Shown one piece after another: positions 24,246 through 39,000 of a stretch of DNA of 64,000 bases. The position numbers and the translations under genes are program-made. The stretch is from Eledone cirrhosa (lineage: Eukaryota). Positions within the stretch are counted from its first letter, which is position 1, and each line of letters opens with the position of its first letter. Under the pieces are notes generated by a model, which worked only from the letters and a program-made list of their open reading frames with translations, was not told the origin of the DNA and did no database searches. The DNA lies in contig OZ024756.1 of NCBI GenBank assembly GCA_964016885.1, positions 42,718,001 through 42,782,000 on the forward strand, given 5' to 3'.

Positions 24246-24719
24246 AAAGTTAGTTTTCCTTGTTTTCTTAAATCCCAGAATGAAAGTAGTTAAAATAATC
24301 CGTATGTGAATAAACAACACATATACCCCATATATATTTCTCTAGAGTGGTGAGCGTGTATTAGAGCAAAATATATTTTGAAATGAAATCTAAAAACAAA
24401 AGAAGAACGACCAACTTTTAAAAATGGAACAAGTTGAAGGTAATATAGTAACAGGTTATTTTCCCTCAACTGATTTGTCTTGTAAATTAGTAGCAGCACA
24501 AATACACACTTACGTATGTAGCGTTCCAAATGTTATGATCAAAGAACGCCGTCTTATCATGTAACTCTCTGTAACAGAGTTTAGTTATTTTTTCTTCTTA
24601 AAATCCCAATAAAATTTTCTCTCTCCTTATTGACATGTATTTCTTTTTCTCCCCCTGTCTAGACATGTCTTTCTTTCTCTCCCACTCACTTCCCTGGTCT
24701 TTAGTTCTCTCTATCGATT

Positions 24720-26070
24720 TCTCTCACATTCTTTCATCTCTCCGTCTCTCTATTTCTCTTTCTCTCACATCCTCTATGTCCTTCTCTATAGAATGGAGAA
24801 AGAGAGATAATTCCAAAACAAAATGGCTTGATTGTTTTCAAATGATAACAGGAAAATAAATAACATTGAATTCCATATAAATTACTGTTTCGTTTCATTT
24901 TTCTTCTTTCATATTTCCACCCATATTTGCAAAGTTAACCTTGGCGGGATAATAAATGATTCTTTTGCAAGCAAACCTCAATACGCTATGTTTTTTTTAG
25001 AAGACTATCGGCATCGTTTTGTTCTAGCAGTGAAACAGAAACAAAATGATATTTGTTTTTTTTTTATGGCTTGCCTTACTGATGAATAACGGTTTGCTTG
25101 TGAGGGTGCTTGGTTGCTCCAGCGCCTTAGCCTCGCTACCACCAGTAATAATGCTGCCAGCATATTGGCTTGCCTCAAAAAGTATTAGAGGGCGGTTCCG
25201 GCACCCATTGAGGTGTGTGACTGATTGACAAACTTAATGTTGAATTAATATTTTTTCCGATTTGTATGTGAAATAGTTATGTAATTAAGCAGTATATATA
25301 TTATTTGTGTGTATAGTTTCATTCTGCGAAAGTGCATGGAATAGTGGTTAGAGCGTTGGGCTAACTTCGTTATTCTACTCTCACATTCTTTCATCTCTCT
25401 GTCTCTCTCTCTCTATCGATTTCTCTCACATTCTTTCATCTCTCTGTCTCTCTAATTCTCTTTTACTATCTCTTTCTCTCACATCCTCTCTGTCCTTCTC
25501 TATAGAATGGAGAAAGAGAGATAATTCCAAAACACAATGGCCAGATTGTTTTAAATGATAACAGGAAAATAAATAATTCCATATAAATTACTGTTTCGTT
25601 TCATTTTTCTATCATATTTCCACCAATATTTGCAATGTTATTTATACATCTGTAAATTAATATATTGTCTGTAATTTTATGAAATTTTGTAATTACAATG
25701 AATTCGTTAGTTTTATATCGAATAATAATAATTGTTTTTACTTTTGGCACAAGGTCAGCAATTATTTAAGTTTATTACTGGTACTTTATTTTATAGACGT
25801 CGTAATGATGAAAGGCAAATTTAACCTTGGCGGGATAATAAATGATTCTTTTGCAAGCAAACCTCCTCAATACGCTATTTTTTTAGATGACTATCGTCAT
25901 TCTTTTTTTTTTTGTGGCTTGCCTTACTTTTATATCAGGTGTTGCGTGTGAGGGTGCTTGGTTGCTCCAGCGCCTTAGCCACGCCATCACCATATTGTCT
26001 TGCCTCAAAAAGTATTAGAGGGTAGTTCCGGCACTCCTTGAGGTTGTGACTGATTGACAAACTTAATGTT
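24720..26070. repeat. Local tandem duplication (24720-25240 vs 25380-26070) in the spacer between copies C and B
   Basis: Two copies of CTATAGAATGGAGAAAGAGAGATAATTCC..GACTGATTGACAAACTTAATGTT; single copy at 10600-11200. Confidence 0.85.
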
Positions 26071-26370
26071 TGGGAGGGTCATGCTGCCAATTAAAAACAC
26101 ACACACGCATCTGTTGGTTTTCACTTCAATTTATTATGAATTATAAACACAAAAACAAGGTGGTATAGGACAGAACAAAGGAGAGACACAAAATAACAAA
26201 TGTTTCACTGAGGAAGTCACAGAATGTGTGACGAAAGAGCTTTGACAATAAACAAATAAACAACCATCTGGTTATTAAACTAACCGATTGGTAGTTTATA
26301 ATAAACTGAAGTGAAAACTAACAGGTGCATTTGTTTTTATTGGCAGCATGACTCTCAAACTATAACATTA
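26066..26370. mobile_element. MITE-like element (homolog of 11198-11580)
   Basis: TIRs GTCATGCTGCCAAT.. / ..ATTGGCAGCATGACTC. Confidence 0.7.
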
Positions 26371-26799
26371 TATATGGATAAAGAGAGAGAGTGAGAGAGA
26401 GAATTATAGTATTATTCAATTTCCGTTAGTGTAATCAATTAATTGTAGTCGACAGTAATGGTAGTGGTGTTGTAGTTGTTGTTGTCGTTGGTAGTGGTGT
26501 GGTAGTCAACAGCAGTGGTGGTGGTAGTGGTGTTGTTGTCGTTGATAGTGTGGTAGTCAACAGTAATGGTGGTGGTGGTGGTGTTGTAGATTTTCTTGTT
26601 GTTACCACTGTTGTTCTTTTTGTTCCTGTATGGGTTTTATCTCAATTGATGCTCAACCCTGTTGGAAAATAAGCAAAACAGTTGTCAGATATGTTGTCTC
26701 TACTGCCACACACTGTAATAAACAACCTTTAATTTAGCCTCTCTCTGTATATATATAGTAATAATAATAATAAATTTGAAGACTAACCTGTTGACTCCT

Positions 26800-26903
26800 T
26801 TAACTGGTAAATAACAAAGAACTAAATAAAAAAAAGACAAGTACGTTAAATGCTATAACTCCAAGTTTGATACCAGCAATAGTTCCACGACTTGATTCAC
26901 CAA
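26800..26903 (-). CDS. Terminal coding exon, IgSF copy C: (I)GESSRGTIAGIKLGVIAFNVLVFFLFSSLLFTS*
   Basis: TAG acceptor at 26904-26906 (3 nt upstream of the copy B site, in frame). Stop at 26800-26802. Confidence 0.72.
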
Positions 26904-27429
26904 CTATCAAGATAGAAAACAGGAGCAATAAGTTTGCTTCTAATATAGCCACATGATTTCAAATTTGGTGGGAGGGTTATAGTTGATTATATGAACCCCA
27001 GTATTTCACTGGTACTTTATTTTATCAATCCCAGAAAGGTGAAAAACCAAGTTGTCCTCAACAGGATTTAAAGTCAGAAAGTATAGAAGCAGGATAAATA
27101 CCACAAAGCATTTTGTCCAACGTTCTAACAACACTAATAATAATAATTTCTAACATTTTAAATAATTTTTTATACAAGGCCAACAATATAGAGGAAGAGG
27201 AAAGTCTATTTTATACCCCAATATTTATATGGTACTTTATTTTATTAATCACAGCTTTGACACTACAGACATCTCATCAGAATGTCTCAAGAACTAATCA
27301 CCGGACTGATTTTATGGGGGCAAAACTAAACGGCAAGAGACCCAAGTGTAGACACCTAGCAAGATGTTTGGATAACATCCATGAGCTTAGCTGGTCTCAC
27401 TTGGAGATCCAGCCAAATCAGTTGGAGAT

Positions 27430-27675
27430 ACAGTGTGTGCTGGGTATTTTTGTTACGACACCTACATGACTAATTTACAGTGTGGATTGGGTACTTTTGG
27501 TCGTGGCTCCTACATGACCACTTTACAGTGTGGGCTGGGAGCTTTTGTTGGGACACCTACATGACCACTTTACAGTGCGGGCTGGGTGCCTTTTACTAGG
27601 CTAGGCACCAAAACACTCAACTGACAGTTTGGACTGGGCGCGTTTCGTTGTGACACCTATATGACAACTTTACAC
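27430..27675. repeat. Degenerate 46-bp minisatellite (copy C)
   Basis: Recurring CCTACATGACCACTTTACAGTG. Confidence 0.8.
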
Positions 27676-28006
27676 CATAGACGTGGGTCTAAGGTGAGAC
27701 CTTAATTGTGTCAGTGATAATGAAGGTAGTAGAGTGGTTACAATGATGATGATGATGATGAACATGGTTGTAGTGGCAGTCATAGTGATAGTAGTTAAAC
27801 TGATCAAGATTATGAAAGTATAAATCCAAACACAAACACAGCAGTACAGAAATATGTACACACTTAATCAAATATATGAATAATTATGTATTTTAAACAT
27901 ATACATACCTCACATGGAAACATACAATCATGCATATATACACACATGCATGTATTGATAGAGGCAGACATGTATATAAAAATATGGAGTGATGCAGTGA
28001 CATGTG

Positions 28007-28062
<56 letters not shown>

Positions 28063-28134
28063 GGTTTGAGGTTTATATATATATATATATATATACACAC
28101 AAATGTAATACATAAAAGAAAATGATTTGCTTAC

Positions 28135-28449
28135 TTTTATCTGGAAGGAAGACTACAAAGTCAAGTTTCATTTTCAATACTGAACAGGTGATGGTTATAT
28201 TGGGGTAGTCTTCAATTGTTACGTTGTAGTAAAACCGTGACTCTAATGAAACATAACATTTGTTAATTTTTGGAAGAATCACAGTTTTTAGACTGACTTC
28301 TGTTTCGTTACTTCCATGTGTTACATTCCATTTAAACAGGACATTCTCGTCAGAATTTTGGACAAAATTTAAATGACATCTGAAGGTAGATATCTGGTTA
28401 ATTTTGTGGTTCTTAGTGTCAGACGTCAGATCTTTCAGAGCTGATTTCA
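28135..28449 (-). CDS. C-type Ig-domain exon, IgSF copy C (315 bp, phase 1-1)
   Basis: TTTTCAG acceptor, GTAAGC donor, open frame, ~75% aa identity to the copy B exon. Confidence 0.85.
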
Positions 28450-28477
28450 CTGAAAATATAAAATGTAAAATAAATAA

Positions 28478-28592
28478 TTGTTTCTACTTTTTGGCACAAG
28501 GCCGGCAATGACCCAGTGCATTACTGGTACTTTATTTTATCGACCCCATAAGGATGAAAGGCAAAGTTAACCTCGGCGGGATTTGAACTCAG
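28478..28592 (-). mobile_element. tRNA-derived SINE fragment
   Basis: SINE core; same position as the copy A SINE at 1570. Confidence 0.8.
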
Positions 28593-30040
28593 AAGCAGGG
28601 TAAATGCAATGAGGAACAATATCTATATGACAATAACTACACACCCACTAATGACACCGAATCCAACAAAGGGGTCAGCTCTACAACTCAGCAGTGACAT
28701 AGTAAGACAATTAAGGATACGAAGACAGACAAATCAAGTGGACTACCGGGCCTAGTTGAGATGCTGCAAGCATCTGGGATGGTAGGTCACATCATAACTA
28801 ATTGTATCATAAACCAAGTAATACAAAGTAATGTCATACCCAATGACTGGTGTAGCTGGAGCATTGACAACTACTACATAAGCAAAGGAGGGGCTGTAGA
28901 CAGAGAACAACATAGAGGTAACAAGTTGAGGAACCAGGTCATGAAACTTACAGAAAGAGTTATCATGTAGCTGATTAGGGACCAAATTAAACCAAAGGGG
29001 ATACAGCTCAGATTTATGCCAGGTAACACATACCACTGATGTCCTCTTCTTTGTGAGGCAAATGCAGGTAAAGTACCTAGCTAAACATAAGCCCCTCTAC
29101 ATGGCATTTGTTGACCTGAAGAAAGTATTTTGCAAAGTCCTCCATTCCATAATCTGGTGGGCTGTTAGAAAACTAGGGGTAAATGAGAGACTGAGGGTGG
29201 TATAAGCCATGTATTCACAATTATTATAGTGAGGAATTTAGTGTGTAAATGTGGGTTCTTCAAGGGTCTGTTCATAGTCCTCTCCTCGTTTATTATTATC
29301 TTGCAGGCTATAACAGAATAGTAGTAGACTGGCTGCCCATGGGAAATCCTATATGCTGATTATCTAACCCTCATTAGCTGAAATTATGGTGGAAATAGAG
29401 AACAAATTCATGCTCTAGAAGTAAAAGGTCATAAAGTCAACTAGGCAAAGACTAACTTACTAGTAATTAGAAAGGAAAGACGACTAAACTTTTAGTAATT
29501 AGAAAGGAAAACAAGGCCCTGATAGCTTCAGGGAGTAGTCTTGTTTAATGTACAGGAGATGAATGAGTAGAAATTCTATCCTGTGTTCCAAATGATGACT
29601 ATAGGTATACAAGTGATGTAATATGATCTCAGACAGCCTAACAAAATGTAGGTTTTATAAGTGGTTGATAAATAGGAGCAGTTAACAGTAAGGGCTCACG
29701 GAAAATAAGCTGTATTATATAGTCAGAAGTCTTCATAGAAGTAGTTGATAGATTCTGTTACCTGCATGTGTTTGATAGCTGTGTAATAGTAGTGTGCATA
29801 CAGGGCAAAGCTGTGAGAAAGACTGGGTATATAGGGTTCAGGTACAGTGTAGAGGAGAGGATATTGCAGTGGTATGAACAGGTAAAGTGCATAGTGGCTG
29901 ACAGCTGTGAAAAATGTGCAGGGTGCTCAAAGTTGATGGAAGTTATGGAAGAGGAAATCTTAGGATGAAGTGATAAAAGCTAACCTTGGACATTTATAAC
30001 TCTGAAAGGAAATGAAACAGGATCAACATCTCTGACGTAG
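28593..30040 (+). mobile_element. Degenerate RTE-type LINE RT region
   Basis: IPNDW..KGGAVDREQHRGNKL..MKLTERV, AFVDLKK, QGS and YAD remnants. Confidence 0.8.
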
Positions 30041-30060
30041 CAGAAGACCTACCTTACAAT

Positions 30061-33000
30061 TACACACACTAGAGACAGACATTGGTCACACACTAGAGAC
30101 AGACATTGGACACACACACTAGTGACAGACATTGGACACACACTAGAGACAGACATTGGTCACACCCTAGAGACAGACATTGGACACACACTAGAGACAG
30201 ACATTGGACACACACTAGAGACAGACATTGGACACACACCAGAGACAGACATTGGACACACACTAGAGACAGACATTGGACACACACTAGAGACAGACAT
30301 TGGACACACACTAGAGACAGACATTGGACACACACTAGAGACAGACATTGGACACAAACTAGAGACAGACATTGGACACACACTAGAGACAGACATTGGA
30401 CACACACTAGAGACAGACATTGGACACACACTAGAGACAGACATTGGACACACACTAGAGACAGACATTGGACACACACTAGAGACAGACATTGGACACA
30501 AACTAGAGACAGACATTGGACACACACTAGAGACAGACATTGGACACACACTAGAGACAGACATTGGACACACACTAGAGACAGACATTGGTCACACACA
30601 CTAGTGACAGACATTGGACACACACTAGAGACAGACATTGGTCACACCCTAGAGACAGACATTGGACACACACTAGAGACAGACATTGGACACACACTAG
30701 AGACAGACATTGGACACACACTAGAGACAGACATTGGACACACACTAGAGACAGACATTGGACACACACTAGAGACAGACATTGGACACAAACTAGAGAC
30801 AGACATTGGACACACACTAGAGACAGACATTGGACACACACTAGAGACAGACATTGGACACACATTAGAGACAGACATTGGACACACATTAGAGACAGAC
30901 ATTGGACACACACTAGAGACAGACATTGGACACACATTAGAGACAGACATTGGACACACATTAGAGACAGACATTGGACACACACACTAGAGACAAACAT
31001 TGGACACACACTAGAGACAGACATTGGACACACTAGAGACAGACATTGGACACACTAGAGACAGACATTGGACATACACACTAGTGACAGACATTGGACA
31101 CACACTAGAGACAGACATTGGACACACTAGAGACAGACATTGGACACACTAGAGACAGGCATTGGACATACACACTAGTGACAGACATTGGACACACACT
31201 AGAGACAGACATTGGACACACAGTAGAGACAGACAATGGACACACACCAGAGACAGACATTGTACACACACCAGAGACAGACATTGGACACACATTAGAG
31301 ACAGACATTGGACACACACTAGAGACAGACATTGGACACACACCAGAGATAGACATTGGACACACACACTAGAGACAGACATTGGACACACACACTAGAG
31401 ACAGACATTGGACACACACTAGAGACAGACATTGGATACACACTAGAGACAGACATTGGACACACTAGAGACAGACATTGGGCACACACTAGAGACTGAC
31501 ATTGGAGACACTAGAGACAGACATTGGACACACACTAGACAGACATTGGACACACAATAGAGACAGACATTGGACACACACTAGAGACAGACATTGGACA
31601 CACACTAGAGACAGAAATTGGACACACACCATAGTCAGACATTGGACACACATTAGAGACAGACATTGGACACACTAGAGACAGACATTGGACACACACT
31701 AGAGACAGACATTGGACACACACATTAGAGACAGACATTGGACACACACACTAGAGACAGACATTGGACACACACCAGAGACAGACGTTGGACACACACT
31801 AGAGACAGACATTTGAGACACACTAGAGACAGACATTGGACACACACTAGAGACAGACATTGGACACACACTAGAGACAGACATTGGACACACACTAGAG
31901 AGAGACATTGGACACACATTAGAGACAGACATTGGACACACATTAGAGACAGACATAGGACACACACTAGAGACAGACATTGGACACACTAGAGACAGAC
32001 ATTGGACACACTAGAGACAGACATTGGTCACACACTAGAGACAGACATTGGACACACACTAGAGACAGACATTAGACACACACTAGAGACAGACATTGGA
32101 CACACACTAGGGACAGACATTGGATACACACTAGAGACAGACATTGGACACACATTAGAGACAGACATTGGACACACACTAGAGACAGACATTGGACACA
32201 CACTAGAGACAGACATTGGACACACACCAGAGACAGACATTGGACACACACTAGAGACAGACATTGGACACACACCAGAGACAGACATTGGACACACACT
32301 AGAGACAGACATTGGACACACACTAGAGACAGACATTGGACACACACCAGAGACAGACATTGGACACACACTAGAGACAGACATTGGACACACACACTAG
32401 AGACTGACATTGGACACACACTAGAGACAGACATTGGAGACACTAGAGACAGACATTGGACACACACACTAGTGACAGACATTGGACACACACTAGAGAC
32501 AGACATTGGACACACACTAGAGACAGACATTGGACACACACTAGAGACAGACATTGGACACACTAGAGACAGACATTGGACACACACTAGAGACAGACAT
32601 TGGACACACACACTAGAGACTGACATTGGACACACACTAGAGACAGACATTGGAGACACTAGAGACAGACATTGGACACACACACTAGATACAGACATTG
32701 GACACACACTAGAGACAGACATTGGACACACACTAGAGACAGACATTGGAGACACACTAGAGACAGACATTGGACACACTAGAGACAGACTTTGGACACA
32801 CACTAGAGACAGACATTGGACACACACTAGAGACAGACATTGGACACACATTAGAGACAGAGATTAGACACACACTAGAGACAGACATTGGACACACACT
32901 AGAGACAGACATTGGACACACACTAGAGACAGACATTGGACACACACCATAGTCAGACATTGGACACACACACTAGAGAAAGACATTGGACACACAATAG

Positions 33001-36000
33001 AGACAGACATTAGACACACACCAGAGACAGACATTGGACACACACTAGAGACAGACATTGGACACACACCAGAGACAGACATTGGTCACACACTAGAGAC
33101 AGACATTGGACACACACTAGAGACAGACATTGGACACACACTAGAGACAGACATTGGACACACACTAGAGAAAAACATTTGACACACACTAGAGACAAAC
33201 GTTGGACACACACACTAGAGACAAACGTTGGACACGCACACTAGAGACAGACATTGGACACACACTAGAGACAGACATTGGACACACTAGAGACAGACAT
33301 TGGACACACACATTAGAGACAGACATTGAACACACACACTAGAGACAGACATTGGACACACACTAGAGACAGACGTTGGATACACACTAGAGACAGACAT
33401 TGGAGACACTAGAGACAGACATTGGACACACACACTAGTGACAGGCATTGGACACACACTAGAGACAGACATTGGACACACACTAGAGACAGACATTGGA
33501 CACACACTAGAGACAGACATTGGACACACTAGAGACAGACATTGGACACACACTAGAGACAGACATTGGAGACACTAGAGACAGACATTGGACACACACA
33601 CTAGTGACAGACATTGGACACACACTAGAGACAGACACTGGACACACACTAGAGACAGACATTGGACACACACTAGAGACAGACATTGGACACACTAGAG
33701 ACAGACATTGGACACACACTAGAGACAGACATTGGACACACACTAGAGACAGACATTGGACACACATTAGAGACAGAGATTAGACACACACTAGAGACAG
33801 ACATTGGAAACACACTAGAGACAGACATTGGACACACACTAGAGACAGAAATTGGACACACACCATAGTCAGACATTGGACACACATTAGAGACAGACAT
33901 TGGACACACACTAGAGACAGACATTGGACACACACTAGAGACAGACATTGGACACACACATTAGAGACAGACATTGGACACACACACTAGAGACAGACAT
34001 TGGACACACACTAGAGACAGACGTTGGATACACACTAGAGACAGACATTGGAGACACTAGAGACAGACATTGGACACACACACTAGTGACAGGCATTGGA
34101 CACACACTAGAGACAGACATTGGACACACACTAGAGACAGACATTGGACACACACTAGAGACAGACATTGGACACACTAGAGACAGACATTGGACACACA
34201 CTAGAGACAGACATTGGAGAAACTAGAGACAGACATTGGACACACACACTAGTGACAGACATTGGACACACACTAGAGACAGACACTGGACACACACTAG
34301 AGACAGACATTGGACACACACTAGAGACAGACATTGGACACACTAGAGACAGACATTGGACACACACTAGAGACAGACATTGGACACACACTAGAGACAG
34401 ACATTGGACACACATTAGAGACAGAGATTAGACACACACTAGAGACAGACATTGGAGACACACTAGAGACAGACATTGGACACACTAGAGACAGACTTTG
34501 GACACACACTAGAGACAGACATTGGACACACACTAGAGACAGACATTGGACACACATTAGAGACAGAGATTAGACACACACTAGAGACAGACATTGGACA
34601 CACACTAGAGACAGACATTGGACACACACTAGAGACAGACATTGGACACACACCATAGTCAGACATTGGACACACACACTAGAGAAAGACATTGGACACA
34701 CAATAGAGACAGACATTAGACACACACCAGAGACAGACATTGGACACACACTAGAGACAGACATTGGACACACACCAGAGACAGACATTGGTCACACACT
34801 AGAGACAGACATTGGACACACACTAGAGACAGACATTGGACACACACTAGAGACAGACATTGGACACACACTAGAGAAAAACATTTGACACACACTAGAG
34901 ACAAACGTTGGACACACACACTAGAGACAAACGTTGGACACACACACTAGAGACAGACATTGGACACACACTAGAGACAGACATTGGACACACTAGAGAC
35001 AGACATTGGACACACACATTAGAGACAGACATTGAACACACACACTAGAGACAGACATTGGACACACACTAGAGACAGACGTTGGATACACACTAGAGAC
35101 AGACATTGGAGACACTAGAGACAGACATTGGACACACACACTAGTGACAGGCATTGGACACACACTAGAGACAGACATTGGACACACACTAGAGACAGAC
35201 ATTGGACACACACTAGAGACAGACATTGGACACACTAGAGACAGACATTGGACACACACTAGAGACAGACATTGGAGACACTAGAGACAGACATTGGACA
35301 CACACACTAGTGACAGACATTGGACACGCACTAGAGACAGACACTGGACACACACTAGAGACAGACATTGGACACACACTAGAGACAGACATTGGACACA
35401 CTAGAGACAGACATTGGACACACACTAGAGACAGACATTGGACACACACTAGAGACAGACATTGGACACACATTAGAGACAGAGATTAGACACACACTAG
35501 AGACAGACATTGGAAACACACTAGAGACAGACATTGGACACACACTAGAGACAGAAATTGGACACACACCATAGTCAGACATTGGACACACATTAGAGAC
35601 AGACATTGGACACACACTAGAGACAGACATTGGACACACACTAGAGACAGACATTGGACACACACATTAGAGACAGACATTGGACACACACACTAGAGAC
35701 AGACATTGGACACACACTAGAGACAGACGTTGGATACACACTAGAGACAGACATTGGACACACTAGAGACAGACATTGGGCACACACTAGAGACTGACAT
35801 TGGACACACACTAGAGACAGACATTGGAGACACTAGAGACAGACATTGGACACACACACTAGTGACAGACATTGGACACACACTAGAGACAGACATTGGA
35901 CACACACTAGAGACAGACATTGGACACACACTAGAGACAGACATTGGACACACTAGAGACAGACATTCGACACACACTAGAGACAGACATTGGACACACA

Positions 36001-39000
36001 CTAGAGACTGACATTGGACACACACTAGAGACAGACATTGGAGAAACTAGAGACAGACATTGGACACACACACTAGTGACAGACATTGGACATACACTAG
36101 AGACAGACATTGGACACACACACTAGAGACAGACATTGGACACACACTAGAGACAGACATTGGACACACTAGAGACAGACATTGGGCACACACTAGAGAC
36201 AGATATTGGAGACACTAGAGACAGACATTGGACACACACACTAGTGACAGACATTGGACACACACTAGAGACAGACATTGGACACACTCTAGAGACAGAC
36301 ATTGGACACACTAGAGACAGACATTGGACACACACTAGAGACAGACATTGGACACACACTAGAGACTGACATTGGACACACACTAGAGACAGACATTGGA
36401 GACACTAGAGACAGACATTGGACACACTAGAGACAGACATTGGGCAAACACTAGAGACTGACATTGGACACACACTAGAGACAGACATTGGAGACACTAG
36501 AGACAGACATTGGACACACACACTAGTGACAGACATTGGACACACACTAGAGACATACATTAGACACACACTAGAGACAGACATTGGACACACACTAGAG
36601 ACAGACATTGGACACACTAGAGACAGACATTGGACACACACTAGAGACAGACATTGGACACACACTAGAGACAGACATTGGACACACACTAGAGACAGAC
36701 ATTGGACACACTAGAGACAGACATTGGACACACACTAGAGACAGACATTGGACACACACTAGAGACAGACATTGGACACACATTAGAGACAGAGATTAGA
36801 CACACACTAGAGACAGACATTGGACACACACTAGAGACAGACATTGGACACACACTAGAGACAGACATTGGACACACACCATAGTCAGACATTGGACACA
36901 CACACTAGAGAAAGACATTGGACACACAATAGAGACAGACATTAGACACACACCAGAGACAGACATTGGACACACACTAGAGACAGACATTGTGCACACA
37001 CCAAAGACAGACATTGGGAACACACTAGAGACAGACATTGGACACACACTAGAGACAGACATTGGGCACACACTAGAGACAGACATTGGACACACACTAG
37101 AGAAAAACATTTGACACACACTAGAGACAGACGTTGGACACACACACTAGAGACAGACATTGGACACACACTAGAGACAGACATTGGACAGACTAGAGAC
37201 AGACATTGGACACACACTAGAGACAGACATTGGACACACACACAAGGGACAGTCATTGGAGACACACTAGATAGAGACATTGGAGACACTAGAGACAGAC
37301 ATTGGACACACTAGAGACAGACATTGGGCACACACTAGAGACTGACATTGGACACACACTAGAGACAGACATTGGAGACACTAGAGACAGACATTGGACA
37401 CACACACTAGTGACAGACATTGGACACACACTAGAGACAGACATTGGACACACACTAGAGACAGACATTGGACACAAACTAGAGACAGACATTGGACACA
37501 CACTAGATACAGACATTGGACACACACCAGAGACAGACATTGGACACACACTAGAGACAGACATTGGAGACACACTAGAAAGAGACATTGGACTTACACT
37601 AGAGACAGACATTGGAGACACACTAGAGACAGACATTGGACACACACTATAGACAGACATTGGACACACACTAGAGACAGACATTGGACACACACTAGAT
37701 ACAGACATTGGACACACACCAGAGACAGACGTTGGACACACACAAGAGACAGACATTGGAGACACACTAGAGACAGACATTGGACACACACTAGAGACAG
37801 ACATTGGACACACACTAGAGACAGACATTGGACACACACTAGAGACAGACATTGGACACACATTAGAGACAGACATTGGACACACATTAGAGACAGACAT
37901 AGGACACACACTAGAGACAGACATTGGACACACTAGAGACAGACATTGGACACACTAGAGACAGACATTGGTCACACACTAGAGACAGACATTGGACACA
38001 CACTAGAGACAGACATTAGACACACACTAGAGACAGACATTGGACACACACTAGGGACAGACATTGGATACACACTAGAGACAGACATTGGACACACATT
38101 AGAGACAGACATTGGACACACACTAGAGACAGACATTGGACACACACTAGAGACAGACATTGGACACACACCAGAGACAGACATTGGACACACACTAGAG
38201 ACAGACATTGGACACACACCAGAGACAGACATTGGACACACACTAGAGACAGACATTGGACACACACTAGAGACAGACATTGGACACACACCAGAGACAG
38301 ACATTGGACACACACTAGAGACAGACATTGGACACACACACTAGAGACTGACATTGGACACACACTAGAGACAGACATTGGAGACACTAGAGACAGACAT
38401 TGGACACACACACTAGTGACAGACATTGGACACACACTAGAGACAGACATTGGACACACACTAGAGACAGACATTGGACACACTAGAGACAGACTTTGGA
38501 CACACACTAGAGACAGACATTGGACACACACTAGAGACAGACATTGGACACACATTAGAGACAGAGATTAGACACACACTAGAGACAGACATTGGACACA
38601 CACTAGAGACAGACATTGGACACACACTAGAGACAGACATTGGACACACACCATAGTCAGACATTGGACACACACACTAGAGAAAGACATTGGACACACA
38701 ATAGAGACAGACATTAGACACACACCAGAGACAGACATTGGACACACACTAGAGACAGACATTGGACACACACCAGAGACAGACATTGGTCACACACTAG
38801 AGACAGACATTGGACACACATTAGAAACAGACATTGGACACACACTAGAGACAGACATTGGACACACACTAGAGAAAAACATTTGACACACACTAGAGAC
38901 AGACGTTGGACACACACACTAGCGACAGACATTGGACACACACTAGAGACAGACATTGGACACACTAGAGACAGACATTGGACACACACATTAGAGACAG

